Source: Lytechinus pictus
Lineage: Eukaryota
Assembly: GCF_037042905.1 (NCBI RefSeq)
Contig: NC_087256.1
Span: forward strand, 5,518,001-5,582,000
Direction of reading: 5' to 3'
DNA length: 64,000 nucleotides
The notes below the pieces were generated by a model. It was not told the DNA's origin and made no database searches. It worked only from the letters and a program-made list of their open reading frames with translations. The translations under genes were made by a program, and so were the position numbers. Shown here piece after piece: positions 18,801 to 34,813 of this stretch (positions are counted from its first letter, which is position 1; each line of letters starts with the position of its first letter).

Positions 18801-18990
18801 ACTCACTATCGTTGTCTAATGGTACTCTGGTCTGGAAACTGGAACCAATGTTAGATCCATGTACTGCCATCGTCTTATATAGATGCCCCAGATCAATGGT
18901 GCCTTATCGGGAAAGCTGTTGTGTACGTCATAAAAGGATTATCATAAGAACATACAGATATCAATAAGATGATTATGGTATTAGCTGGTG
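18801..18990 (-). promoter_or_regulatory. Gene A promoter and non-coding exon 1: TATATAA 18875-18881, exon about 18807-18845, donor GTGAGT 18801-18806, upstream TGACGTA
   Basis: The block from TATA to donor is nearly identical, in inverted orientation, to that upstream of B and C. Confidence 0.8.
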
Positions 18991-19391
18991 TCTTCCTTGT
19001 GCAATTGCACGTGAAATATTAATTGATAGACCCAGCTCTTGTGCACTGATCTCTTCACATGAATGTGAAGCTAGCAACAAAATCATTAGTAACACTTATT
19101 TTAAGTTTCTTTTGAATCTGCAGTTTTATCTTAAATAGCATTTTTATTTGCTGTTATTTCATTTTCTCGCTTTCCGATTCTTTGTAATTAGTTAAAAGCA
19201 TAGCTCACATCTGTACGGTCGGTTATGAATACTTTATATTTGTAATTTTTATAATGTGAATATTCTTAAATGTACCTTTGAAGATTTTGATAATTGCCCC
19301 CCCCCCTCAGTTACTGTTTACTTTGCAAATGAATGGACACTGATATTGCTCCTACAACGACTGGTTAACGGTTAATATCATGAGTGATTAA

Positions 19392-19770
19392 AGGTATTGT
19401 TTAACTTTGTGAGCAGCCGATTTAAAAAATTCTCAAACCAAGATGAAACATGTGTACAAGTACATGTATTAGAACTAATAAACCCTGAAAACAACCATTA
19501 TTGAGAATGAAAAGCTAAAACTACAAGGCAAACCCCGATTTTGTAAATAGGCGTCGTATAGACGCCTAAATAGTACACATAAGTGTATGGGATGAAGTTA
19601 AGATGGTCTTTTCGGTCACTTTATATTTCAATATTTGAAGCACTAAATAATTATTTTCGAACGCAATTTTTTCTGAGCTTCATTTTTGTAACATATCACA
19701 GACACAGGTGACAAGTATGACCTTCTAGCTCAGATTTTTAAAAAAGTCAAACCAATGTTAACCAATCACT
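19392..19770. mobile_element. Kolobok-like MITE between the divergent promoters
   Basis: TTAA TSD; imperfect TIR AGGTATTGTTTAAC/GTTAACCAATCACT; clean empty site gtgaTTAAtgcata at 33751-33764; related copy at 50992-51301. Confidence 0.85.
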
Positions 19771-20658
19771 TTAATGCATAATAATAATCTTTTAATATTT
19801 TATGCAAATGTGGCCTTATACCCCACATTCTGACATGCAAAATAGTAGACGGAAGCAGGGCATTAACAAAGGCACAACAGGTGGCTTGTACTACATGTAC
19901 TTATCTAAATATATAAATACAGAGAGACACGGAAAGAGAGAGAAAGAGGGGGTAGAGTGAGAAAAAAATATACCTATTATTCACGTTATATTATAGACCT
20001 ATTGTAATATATCATATTTTATTGTACAGTACATGTATATTTATCAGTATATTATACTATATCATATCATATTATATTATATTATATCATATCATATTAC
20101 ATTATATCACAAAACATGAGAAATAATATACAGAAAACGTAAAATAATAATAATCTGAAATAGCTTTCATGGTTTTCATGATAAATACAATTCATGTAAA
20201 TTTGAAACTTGAAAACCAAGCCAAGTTTATATCATTCTCGTAATCTTTCGAGTTATTTACCCTTAAACTGGGAGATAATTTGAGTTTAGCATTTCGTTTC
20301 TTTTTCATCGTTATGAGTTGAATGTCTGAAATAATATACATATATATTTGTTATATATCTTATCCAGAACAATTACAAAAATATAACAAAATAACATTTG
20401 GTTCCACATTTCACTTTTGTGCGTGTGTAAGTGTGAGTTGATTTGTGTATGTCTCCATTCTCCCTTGCTTTTTCATTTGCATACAATTTGCACTAGTATT
20501 TTCAGAGCAAATATTTTCAGTGTTGCATGGTCCTACTCATCCCACCGCTGCCACCATTAATCCGGGACCTTGAATAAGTTTACTATTCCGATTTAATCGT
20601 ATCGTTGTGTTGCCTTAGTGAAAAAATGATTCATGTAGAACACCCCCAGACATTGAAT

Positions 20659-20836
20659 AGCTAATCTAATCACATTATCAATATCTATTTGTATTCATAA
20701 TAAATATATGACGTAGGCCTACCACATTTTTTCTGAGAAAACATTGGTCCGGGGCATCTATATAAGACGATGGCAGTACATGGATCTACATTGGTTCCAG
20801 TTTCCAGACCAACGTACCAAGACAACGACGGTGAGT
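20659..20836 (+). promoter_or_regulatory. Gene B promoter and non-coding exon 1: TGACGTA 20709-20715, TATATAA 20759-20765, donor at 20831
   Basis: Conserved with the A and C promoters; GTGAGT donor; acceptor 3 nt before the ATG at 21709. Confidence 0.8.
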
Positions 20837-21708
20837 TTATGCTACAATTCATCTTACATATTTGTTACTACGTCATCAGGTTAATCAAATTTAAAAATCA
20901 TTGATGGGATCTTCATTTTCATTGAGAAGAAGAAAATCAGAAAAGCAGTATTTTCATGCTACATTTTTGTTTATAAGGTTTTCTCTCAAAGTGAGTTTGA
21001 TAGACCACGTTAGAAGTTTGAACCAAACTCAGCAAGAAATTCTCAACACAATCAAGTTAGTTCATTCATTGCGTTTGAAATTCTAAACGATGGTCAAGAA
21101 GTAGTTAATTTCCAAAATGTTTTCTATTATGATTCCAATTTGTTATTAATACTGACATTACTGACGAAAATGATATTAGGATTGGTCTTGTATCCAAAAG
21201 ATACTATCGGCCTTAGATGTCAGAATTCAAGGCTGAAATTGCATAGCACGCTTGATTCAAATACAGTACGGATTTTTCCATATCTATTCTTTTTTATAAT
21301 GATCACTCAATGATACGAAGAGTGATGTTTAAAATGCGAATAACTGTTATATTTGAAATTTCGTAATAAGAAAATGCATTGGAGTGTGTGTTTCTTCCCT
21401 TTTCCAGTGATGCAATAGTCCCTTTCAGATCAGACGTCGAAAATTTATCTTGTATAAAATTGATTATAAATATATATTAATTATTGTGATACTTGTTGAT
21501 ATTTACTGTATTCATTCAAATTAATTTGATACGTTAGGATCGCCGTGTCTTTCAGAAGAGCAAGGGGAAAAGCCTTTAATGGGCAATGATTCTGATACGA
21601 GCCTGATCATAACAAATAATACTTACACTAAATGCTAATTCTTGTCATCAAGACACACTTATTTTCTAATGTTTTAACTATTATGAATTTCATTCCATCC
21701 ATTAGACA

Positions 21709-25568
<3,860 letters not shown>

Positions 25569-26009
25569 ACTACATGCATGGCTGATATGACCTTTAGATG
25601 TCTCAGATGAATTATTATTGTCAAGATAAATTACATAGTATTATGACAGAATGATTTAATAAATAAACAATGAAAATTGAAGTACAAGTCTTTGATGGTC
25701 CTTTTATTTTATGTCGGCTACAACTGTTACATAATCATACAATGTTGGTTCTTGTGCGAGTGTAGTATTATTGTTTGTTTTCTTGTGAAGGTGTGGTGTG
25801 TGTGTGAGCATGTGTGTGGGTGAGGGTGTGTGTGTGTGGCCATAATGGGGGTGGGTGCGGGCTGTAATCAATATTAAAGTACGTGATCGTTATATTCTAG
25901 TTTTATGTATCTGTTTTTGTTTGTGTTTGATTTTTCATATTTGTTATTTTCAAAGTGATTTCCTACAGGAAAGAACAAAGTGGACCCAATGTAACCACAA
26001 AGCTATTAA

Positions 26010-26602
26010 AGGGGTACTCCGGGTTGAAAATATTTATATCTAAATAAATAGAGTAAAATTCACAGAGCGAAATGCAGAAAATGTAATTAAAATCTGATAT
26101 CAAATAACGAAGTCATTGAATTTTAAAGTTGAGCAATATTTTGTGAAAACCGTAATATGCAAATAGACAAGAATATTCTAAAGGTGGGGTGATGATGTCA
26201 TATCCCCACTTCCCTTTTCTTATGTTATTACATGAAATTATAATTGCTTCATTTTCTCATACATGTGTGAATGTTATGTCTCCTTTATAAAGAAATAAGT
26301 TGCAGCAATGAATATCTAATGCACTAAATCAGTTGTCAATAAAATCTTTTCAGTTCTTGGATGAAAAAATTGAATAAACCCTATTTCATATTATGAAATA
26401 CCAAAGAACAAGTGGGGATATGACATCATCAGTTTGCTCATTGAATATTCATGAAGACATGCCTTGAACTGTTTTATCGGAATAATGAAAATATCTAAAA
26501 TGCTTTAATTTTGTTATTCCTTGTCCTATTTTGATTAAATTTTCAACGTTTTGTTTGTATAATTTTTCTTTTCAAATCATTTTTTTAGCCTGGAGTACCC
26601 CT
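26010..26602. mobile_element. Kolobok-like MITE, shared with the duplicate block (copy at 40070-40656)
   Basis: TIR AGGGGTACTCCGGG/CCTGGAGTACCCCT; left TTAA; internal inverted symmetry. Confidence 0.85.
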
Positions 26603-27006
26603 TTTATAACAATCTCCGAGGGAAATTTAAGGCAGTGATTTAGTGTTCTCACTGTGTCACAACGTTCTTTCTAGTAGGAAATCCATTTGAAAAAAAGGAA
26701 AGAGTATGTGACTAAAAAAAGGTCATCTTGATGTGCAGATATGATGAAGGGAGGGAAATTATTAAACTTTCTATATGGAGTCAGAAGACGAGTACAAAGG
26801 AGTTAAAGGGTGGGGGGGGGGGGGGGGGTTCAAAGCTAATACATTTTTCTTACAAAAATGAAAGGTATATACTTATAGAGGGGCGACTATATAAGCATTG
26901 AATATTTCAGAATCAAATCGCTTCCGTTTACTCATTTTATTTTGGGTACGATAATCTCTAAAGATTGAAATGATGGTATATTGTCTACAGCCTCAATATA
27001 CTTTAA

Positions 27007-27339
27007 AGGGGGAGTGAACTGTATGTGGTCTCTCATTGACTGTGTGTTATAAGTACATAGTCTTCAAATATACGTTTTCAGATGTCTACTAATACTACAG
27101 AGAATAAATTGACCTATAATTGTATTTGTATAGAGAAACTAAAATGTTTTGAGAGGAAAAGTAATTGTTTTGCTACTTGGTAACATAATCATTGCGGTAT
27201 AAATGTATGGAGTAGTTAATTAGCATGCTATCATTCAATTGGGTCTATATTACTAGACTACACTAGCATTGTGGTTCAGGAAACTGGCCAGGTATGAGTA
27301 GTTGAGGATTCGAGATGACGCTATTGGTTCGTATCTGCT
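27007..27339. mobile_element. Kolobok-like insertion
   Basis: Flanked by TTAA on both sides; AG...CT ends; absent at the matching position (about 41055) of the duplicate block. Confidence 0.65.
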
Positions 27340-27693
27340 TTAAATCAATTTTAAACCAAGTGCGTCTGTAATTTAAAGGGAAGACTATGGAAGCTTAAAA
27401 GTGCCACCCAGATGATTATAATCGTATATTCATGTCTACATCTCTTATGGAAAAGGATAAGATCTCGGATCTCGTTATGTCTACATCCCGTGGGAGAGAT
27501 GACGAGATCTGAGATCTTGCCATCTGATCATCTCTCCCACAGGATGTAGACATGACGAGATCCAAGATCTTGCCATCTGATCATCTCTTCTAATGAAGAC
27601 ATGACGAGATCCAAGATCTTGCCATCCAACCATCTCTCACACGGGATGTAGACATGACGACATCCAAGATCTTATCATCTGATCATCTCTCAC

Positions 27694-29570
27694 TAAAAAT
27701 GTCCATAAATTAAATTATACGTCCAGTTAGCTATCTTATGAATGAATCCATCGTTCAAGGTGTCTTTCCAAAGAAATTGAAAATTGCTAAAGTTATTCCG
27801 TTACACAAAAAAGGTGATCGATCAAATCCTAATAACTACAGACCGATTTCTATTCTTTCTTGTTTATCGAAGGTTCTTGAAAGATTAATCCATAAACAGC
27901 TCGTACAACATTTGAATTGTAATAACATTATCACTTTGGACCAATCAGGCTTCCGTCCTAAACATTCTACCTCAACCGCCCTAATCAAAGTCACGGATGA
28001 TTGGTTAATGGACCTTGATGATGGAAAATACACTGGTGCGGTCTTCATTGACCCCAAAAAAGCTTTTGATATGGTTAACATTCAATGTCTACTTGAAAAA
28101 ACTTAAAAGAGCTGGGATTAAAGAAACAAATTTGAACTGGTTTCATAGCTACCTTTCAGACAGAAAAATTGTAACATGTATTCATAACCGCAACTCTGAA
28201 GAATTACCAATCAGGCAAGGGGTTCCTCAAGGATCGATACTAGGTCCGCTGCTTTTTATAATTTTTATTAATGATTTACCTACTATTTTCAAGTCATGCA
28301 ACATCCATCTCTATACAGATGACACTGTGATTTACTTTTCTCATAAAGATCCCCACGTAGTTCAATCAACGTTAAATAGAGAGTTGCTCATTCTTGATAG
28401 ATGGATAGACATTAATAGACTTAAACTTAATTATGACAAAACAATGTGCATGCTTTTTGGAAATAGACATATGCTAAAAAAAACACAATGGATTAGATTT
28501 AAGAATTGATGGTCATACCATCAAACAAGTATCTTCGCTGAAATACTTGGGTGTGTATATTGATTCAGAACTGAAATGGGATGTTCATGTTAACCACTTA
28601 AGTGAAAAGGTGGGTCATATGATCTCGTTCCTCCGTAGATTAAGTAAATTTATCAATAGGAATAGTTTGAAAATTATCTATCAGAGCGTTATACTACCCA
28701 ACTTGGATTATGCTGATGTAATATGGCAATCTTCCTATGACAAATATACAGATCAGCTACAAAAGTTGCAAAATAGAGCTGGTAGAATTATCCTTAATAT
28801 TAATAATCGGTCACATGTTTCTACTGACTCAAATTCATGAAATAATGGAATGGCAAACCCTGAAGTCTAGGCAAAACTTTCATATTCAAACAATGATGTT
28901 TAAGATCCTCCATGATTTGGCTCCCAAATATCTAACAAAATACATATTTTACACCTCAAGACCTTACCATTTTCGAAAAAATAATTTGTGCCTCCCCAAA
29001 CCCAGAACTAATTATTGCAAACGCACATTTTTCTATAGGGGGACTAAGTTGTTTAACAGTATCCCAAATAATATTCGTAATTGTATGACCTTAAATTCTT
29101 TTAGATCAGCGTTGTCACATTTGAGACATTGATTTCTTTTTTTTTGGGGGGGGGGGTAGGAGTAAGCAAACTGATAGTGATTTTTTTTTTCTCTCTCCTT
29201 TCCTTTTTTCTTTCTTTCTTTTTTCTACCTTTTCTTTTCTTTCTTCCTTCATTTCCCTCTTTGGTCTTTTCTTTTCTGTTCTCATTTTCCGCTCCCTATG
29301 ACTCTCTTTTTACTTGGTCCCCATGGAAGACCAGCTGCACATATAATTGGTGCAGCTGAATATGGGTTATCCAACCGTCTCCTGTCTTAAGTTTGATCTT
29401 TTAACTTTCTTAACATGTTTCAATCAATCATTTTTTTTCTTTTCTTTTCTTTTAATCAATGTTTAGAATTTATTTCATTATGTATGTGTATGTTACTCCT
29501 TGTATCTCTTGTATATATATTGTTATGTATTTTTTATGACGGAAATAAAACAAACAAACAAACAAACAAA
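27694..29570 (+). mobile_element. 5'-truncated CR1/L2-type LINE with frameshifted reverse transcriptase (27738-29132)
   Basis: RT motifs KVIPLHKKGD...NYRPISIL, QSGFR, FIDPKKAFD, GVPQGSILGPLLF, LYTDDT are spread over four frames; AATAAA followed by a (CAAA)n tail. Confidence 0.92.
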
Positions 29571-29880
29571 CACGGGATGAAGACATGACGAGATCTAATA
29601 TCTTGTCATCTGATCATCTCTCACACGGGATGTAGACATGACGAGATCTAAGATCTTGTCATCTGATCATCTCTCACACGGGATGTAGACATGACGAGAT
29701 CCAAGATCTTGTCATCTGATCATCTCTCACACGGGATGTAGACATGACGAGATCCAAGATCTTATCATCTGATCATCTCTCACACGGGATGAAGACATGA
29801 CGAGATCTAAGATCTTGTCATCTGATCATCTCTCACACGGGATGTAGACATGACGAAATCCGAGCTCTCGTCATCTTATC
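29571..29880. repeat. 53-bp minisatellite (cacgggatgtagacatgacgagatccaagatcttgtcatctgatcatctctca), about 6 units; further units at about 27495-27692
   Basis: Units start at 29571, 29624, 29677 and so on, with 53-bp period. Confidence 0.9.
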
Positions 29881-30076
29881 CTTTCCCTAAGAGATGCAGA
29901 CATCACGAGATGATTATATGAACATCTGGGTGGCACTTTTAAGCTTCCATAGGAGACTGAATCGCTTTGAATTAAAAACAGAGTATTACTTACAACAATC
30001 GTTACGCCCGATTGCCAATTTGATATAATGAATATCATAACAATTAAAACATAGTGTATTCAAGACTTCTGATTGT

Positions 30077-30311
30077 TCACTGTTTCATCATACGATAGAT
30101 TAGAATGGCAATGAAAGTTAATATAAATAATTGAATGATGAGATCGAGACACGCATATTGTATTAAACTAAAGAACGATCCAGATCCTATGTTCCTCAGG
30201 TGTCCATATCCGTTCTGGAGGACATGTTTTATCCAGAATGCTACTCGTTTTCCAGGGGATTGCTGCTTCGACTTAAAGGTGCGTGACGCTCTCTGTGCAT
30301 TCGTCTGAAAA
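30077..30311 (-). pseudogene. Orphan duplicate of the UGT terminal coding exon (ORF and acceptor intact; possible alternative last exon)
   Basis: 235 nt, same length as 41221-41455. (CT)n-TTACAG acceptor. Encodes FQTNAQRASRTFKSKQQSPGKRVAFWIKHVLQNGYGHLRNIGSGSFFSLIQYACLDLIIQLFILTFIAILIYRMMKQ*. Confidence 0.8.
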
Positions 30312-30323
30312 CTGTAAGAGAGG

Positions 30324-30357
<34 letters not shown>

Positions 30358-30531
30358 TCAGAGAGCAGGCTTATGTGAAATTGTCATTAACGGATCCACT
30401 ACGATGAGATTTGAAAAAATTGAAATAAAATTCCCGTTGCCATTACCATGATTACGGAGGCTTTATAATGTCATCTACTTGACGAGATCGAGATAAAGTG
30501 ATTTGCAAAGTCGACTAGATATAGTCTAGGA

Positions 30532-31650
30532 CAGCGCTTCTCAACCGGTGGGCCGCGAAGCTCTCCCAGGTGGGCCGCGAGAAGCTCCAGAGAAGAAAGA
30601 AATAGGGGGAAAATTATAGTATATTAACATGTTCTATTTAATGTCCGAAAATGGTATGTTTGATCGGTCTCCGTGGGTCAAACAAAGCTAAAGGCACGCC
30701 TATAGGTAGCCTGTTGTGATGGTTTCGATCTAACTTTGATATGATCCTCAGGCCTCATTTGCATGCATATTGTGTATGTAGTTAATTATTTCCCATTCAC
30801 CGGACCTTTGCAAATGCATTTATTTCTCAAACTGATTGCTTCGAATGTGCTTAATGAGAGCTTTAATATGTTCAAATTTCACGAAACATACTTTCACCAA
30901 AATGGACTGTGTTTTAAAGCGAAATGGTGAGGGAGGAATCAAATCTATTGTTGAAAAGTCCAAGGAGGTAACTAAGAAAATATGACCCTGAATAGTTTAA
31001 ATTTGGATTTATCATAACTGCGCAGTGATGCAAAACCAAAAGCAATGTGTGTCGAATGTGCTGAAGTTATTGTCAAATAAGGCGCTTAAATCGTCAATGC
31101 TTCAGAGACATCTATTACCATGCAAACATAAAACATCAGAAGAGTGCAGGAAAGCCAAAAGAGTGTTTCGAGATGAAAAAGGCTGGATTTAATTCACAGC
31201 AGAACACTTGCGTACAGATAGGGGGGGGGCTCTTGGCCCCAGATATTTCATGACCAAGAAGAAAAAAAGAGAAAAGGAAAGAAAAGAAAAGAAAGGGAAA
31301 AGGGATAAGGTGAAATATGAGATTATTTTTTTAATATTGTGTCAAAAATCTATCACAAACTTAGATTTCTTTAATAAAAATGTCGAAATTGTTGCTTGCT
31401 CGCCATGCTCGCTCGCAACATTTTATCAATTGTACGCAATACGCCATATCAAGCCCCCTCAATTTTATTTGTTTGGCTCATTACGCCACTGCAGCAGAAG
31501 ATCATAAAGTTATGCACTAATATGCTCCTTATAGTTGTCGAGACAATCTTTGAGTCGATCGAGAAGTCACATCCTTTTTTTTAAGTTTGGTAGGTGGGCC
31601 TCGAAAAAAATCTGAGAGTCAAAGTGGTCCTCGAGTAAAAAAAGGTTGAG
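30532..31650 (+). mobile_element. hAT (Charlie/Buster-type) deletion derivative with a degraded N-terminal transposase segment (about 30902-31130)
   Basis: Left end CAGCGCTTCTCAACC after a GTCTAGGA target; right end GGTTGAG is truncated. Remnant RKYDPE*FKFGF...KAMCVECAEV/LSNKALKSSMLQRHL resembles the ZBED5/Buster zinc-finger region. Absent from the duplicate block. Confidence 0.75.
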
Positions 31651-32017
31651 ATAATAATCTTGACTTACCAAACTTGTAAATTCACATGACAACAGGCCCG
31701 TCGGAACGAATTTAAAAGAGGTACCGTATGATTTGAAATTCATGAACATGACGCGTATCTCGCTAAAGAATAATAATGCGACAACAATTATTTCTTGGAT
31801 ATACTGTAATTGACCTGAAAAGGATCAACAATTTGCATAATTTATGAACATGGTATCTTACTCAATTGATAATGCTCAATTGATATATTCCCTGAAACTG
31901 GGCATTTTGTTGTAATCGTTATCGTGAACATGAAACGTATCTCCGAAACAAGCAAAATTTAACATAGTGGTAACACGAGTTGAAATGTGTGATATGTCCG
32001 TGGATATATTGACCTAA

Positions 32018-33063
32018 ACAAGTGGAACGCCTCCGGCAGTCTCGCCTGCATTACGCAATGCGATATAGCAGCAGTGCTTCCTTTGAAAATAGCTAATGAA
32101 TATTATTCACAGAAGAAAACACTTATATGATAATAAAATATTATTCCCATTGACCCAAAATGACCTTTGACCATGATCATGTAACCTAAGACATGTGCAA
32201 AACAATCATTCATACTTGATTATCCTTATGTCGATTTTTCATGAGCTAGATTCATAAACTTCCTTAGTTGTGATGCCAATTGAACACATATTCCCAACAT
32301 GGCCAGAATTAATTGACCTTTAAATGACCTTTGACCATGATCTTGTGACCTAAGAAATGTGCAAAACAATCATTCATACTTGATTATCCTAGGCTTATGT
32401 CGATGTTTCATAAGCTAGATTCATAAGCTTCCGTAGTTATGATGCCAATTCAACACATATTCCCAACATGGCCAAAGTTCGTTGACCCTAAGTGACCTTT
32501 GACCTTGGTCATGTGACCTGAAACTCGCACATGATATTCAAGGATACATGGTTACTCTTATGTCCAAGTTTCATGAACTAGATCCATAAACTTTTAAAGT
32601 TATGAAGCCAACTCAACACATATTCCCAACATGGCCAAAGTTCGTTGACCCTAAGTGACCTTTGACCTTAATCATGTGACCTGAAACTCAGGCAGGATCT
32701 TCAGTGATACACTATTACCCTTATGTTTACGTTTTATGAACTAGGTCTATATACTTTTGAAGTTATGACAACATTTCAAAAACTTAACCTTGGTTAAGAT
32801 TTCGACATTGATTCCCCCAACATGGTCTTAGTTCATTGACCCTAAATGACCTTTGACCTTGATCATGTGACCCGAAACACATGCAGGATGTTTAGTAATA
32901 CTTGATTAACCTTATGTTCAAGTTTCATGAACTAGGTCTATATACTTTTTAAGTTATGATGACATTTCAAAAACTTAACCTGGGTTAAGATTTCAATGTT
33001 GACGACGCCGTCGCCGTCGGAAAAGCGGCGCCTATAGTCTCGCTCTGCTATGCAGGCGAGACA
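32018..33063 (-). mobile_element. Helentron-associated non-autonomous element (HINE/DINE-1-like) with an internal 165-190 bp tandem array
   Basis: Sub-terminal IR GTCTCGCCTGCAT (32039) / ATGCAGGCGAGAC (33050-33062); partial IR at 33037; inserted in an A-run without TSD (empty site gacctaaaaaaggg at 42006-42019). Confidence 0.8.
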
Positions 33064-34628
33064 AAAAGGGAAATTCTAATTAAGCACAATTTGTAATCAT
33101 GAAGATGAAATATATCTCGGGAACTTGAAACTCAGGTAGGATGTAATGCTTGATAAACCTTATTATCCAAGTTTCATGAACTAGGTCCATATATTTTTTA
33201 AGTTATGATGACATTTCAAAAACTTAACCTTAGGTTAAGATCAATGGATCAATGGTGCCTTATGAGGAAAGCTGTTGTGTACGTCATCAAAGGATTATCA
33301 TAAGAACATACAGATATCAATAAGATGATTATGGTATTAGCTGGTGTCTTCCTTGTGCAATTGCACGTGAAATATTAATTGATAGACCTAGCTCTTGTAC
33401 AATGATAATATATATTGATCTCTTCACATGAATGTGAAGCTAGCAACAAAATCATTAGTAACACTTATTTCAAGTTTCTTTTGAAACTTCAGTTTTATCT
33501 TAAATAACATTCTTATTTAATTTTCTCGCTTTCCGATGCTTTGTAACTAGTTAAAAGCAAAGCTCACATCGGTACGGTCGGTTATGAATACTTTAAATTT
33601 ATAATTTTTATAATGTGAATATTCTTAAATGTACATTTGAAGATTTTGGTCATTGCCCCCCCCCCCCCCCCCCCCAGTGACTGTTTACTTTGCAAATGAA
33701 TGGACACTGATATTGCTCCTACAACGACTGGTTAACGGTTAATATCATGAGTGATTAATGCATAATTATAATCTTTTAATATATTATGCAAATATGGCCT
33801 TACACCCCACATTCTGACATCCGAAATAGCAGACGGAAGCAGGGCATTAACAAAGGCACAACAGGTGGCTTGTACCACATGCACTTATCTAAATATGTAA
33901 ATACAGAGAGACACGGAAAGAGAGAGAGAGGGGGGCAGAGTGAGAAAAAAATATACCTATTATTCATGTTATATTATAGACCTATTGTAATATATCATAT
34001 TTTATTGTACAGTACATGTATTATATTATATTATATTATATCATATTATATTATATCATATTATATTATATTATATCATATCATAACATATTTTATCATA
34101 TCACATTACATTATATCACAAAACGTGACAAATAATATACAGAAAACGTAGAATAATTGGTTTATAATCTGAAATAGCTTCCATGGTTTTCATGATAATA
34201 CAATTCATGTAAATTTGAAACTTGAAAACCAAGCCAAGTTTATATTATTCTCGTAATCTTTCGAGTTATTTTCCCTTAAACTGGGAAATAATTTGAGTTT
34301 AACATTTCATTCTTTTTCATCGTTATGAGTTGAATGTCTGAAATAATATACATATATATTTTTACATAAAAAATATAACAAAATAACATTTGGTTCCGCA
34401 ATTCACTCTTGTGCGTGTGTAAGTGTGAGTGATGGTGTGTTGGTTTGTGTATGTCTCCATTCTCCCTTGCTTTTTCATTTGCATACAATCTGCACTAGTT
34501 TTTTCATCCCACCGCTGCCACCATTAGTCCGGGACCTTGAATAAGTTTACAATTCCGATTTAATCGTATCGTTGTGTTGCCTTAGTGAAAAAAAATGATT
34601 CATGTAGAACACCACCAGACATCGAATA

Positions 34629-34813
34629 GCTAATCTAATCACATTATCAAAATCTATTTGCATTCATGATAAATATTATATGACGTAGGCCTACCACATC
34701 ATTTTTTCTGAGAAAACATTGGTCCGGGGCATCTATATAAGACGATGGCAGTACATGGATCTACATTGGTTCCAGTTTCCAGACCAACGTACCATTAGAC
34801 AACGACGGTGAGT
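34629..34813 (+). promoter_or_regulatory. Gene C promoter and non-coding exon 1: TGACGTA 34681, TATATAA 34734-34740, donor at 34808
   Basis: Near-identical to the B promoter. Confidence 0.8.

Larger units (their letters stand above)
27385..29952. mobile_element. Non-autonomous TIR element with an internal 53-bp minisatellite, interrupted by a LINE
   Basis: Perfect 30-bp TIR CTATGGAAGCTTAAAAGTGCCACCCAGATG; probable 4-bp TSD AAGA/GAGA; empty site at about 41095-41105. Confidence 0.85.

Noticed and set aside
27738-29132. Active or domesticated reverse transcriptase gene
   Set aside because: 5'-truncated, at least three frameshifts, YADD altered to YTDD, LINE tail present.
29571-29880. CRISPR-like regular repeats
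   Set aside because: Head-to-tail 53-bp units with no unique spacers, inside a eukaryotic TIR element; no cas genes.
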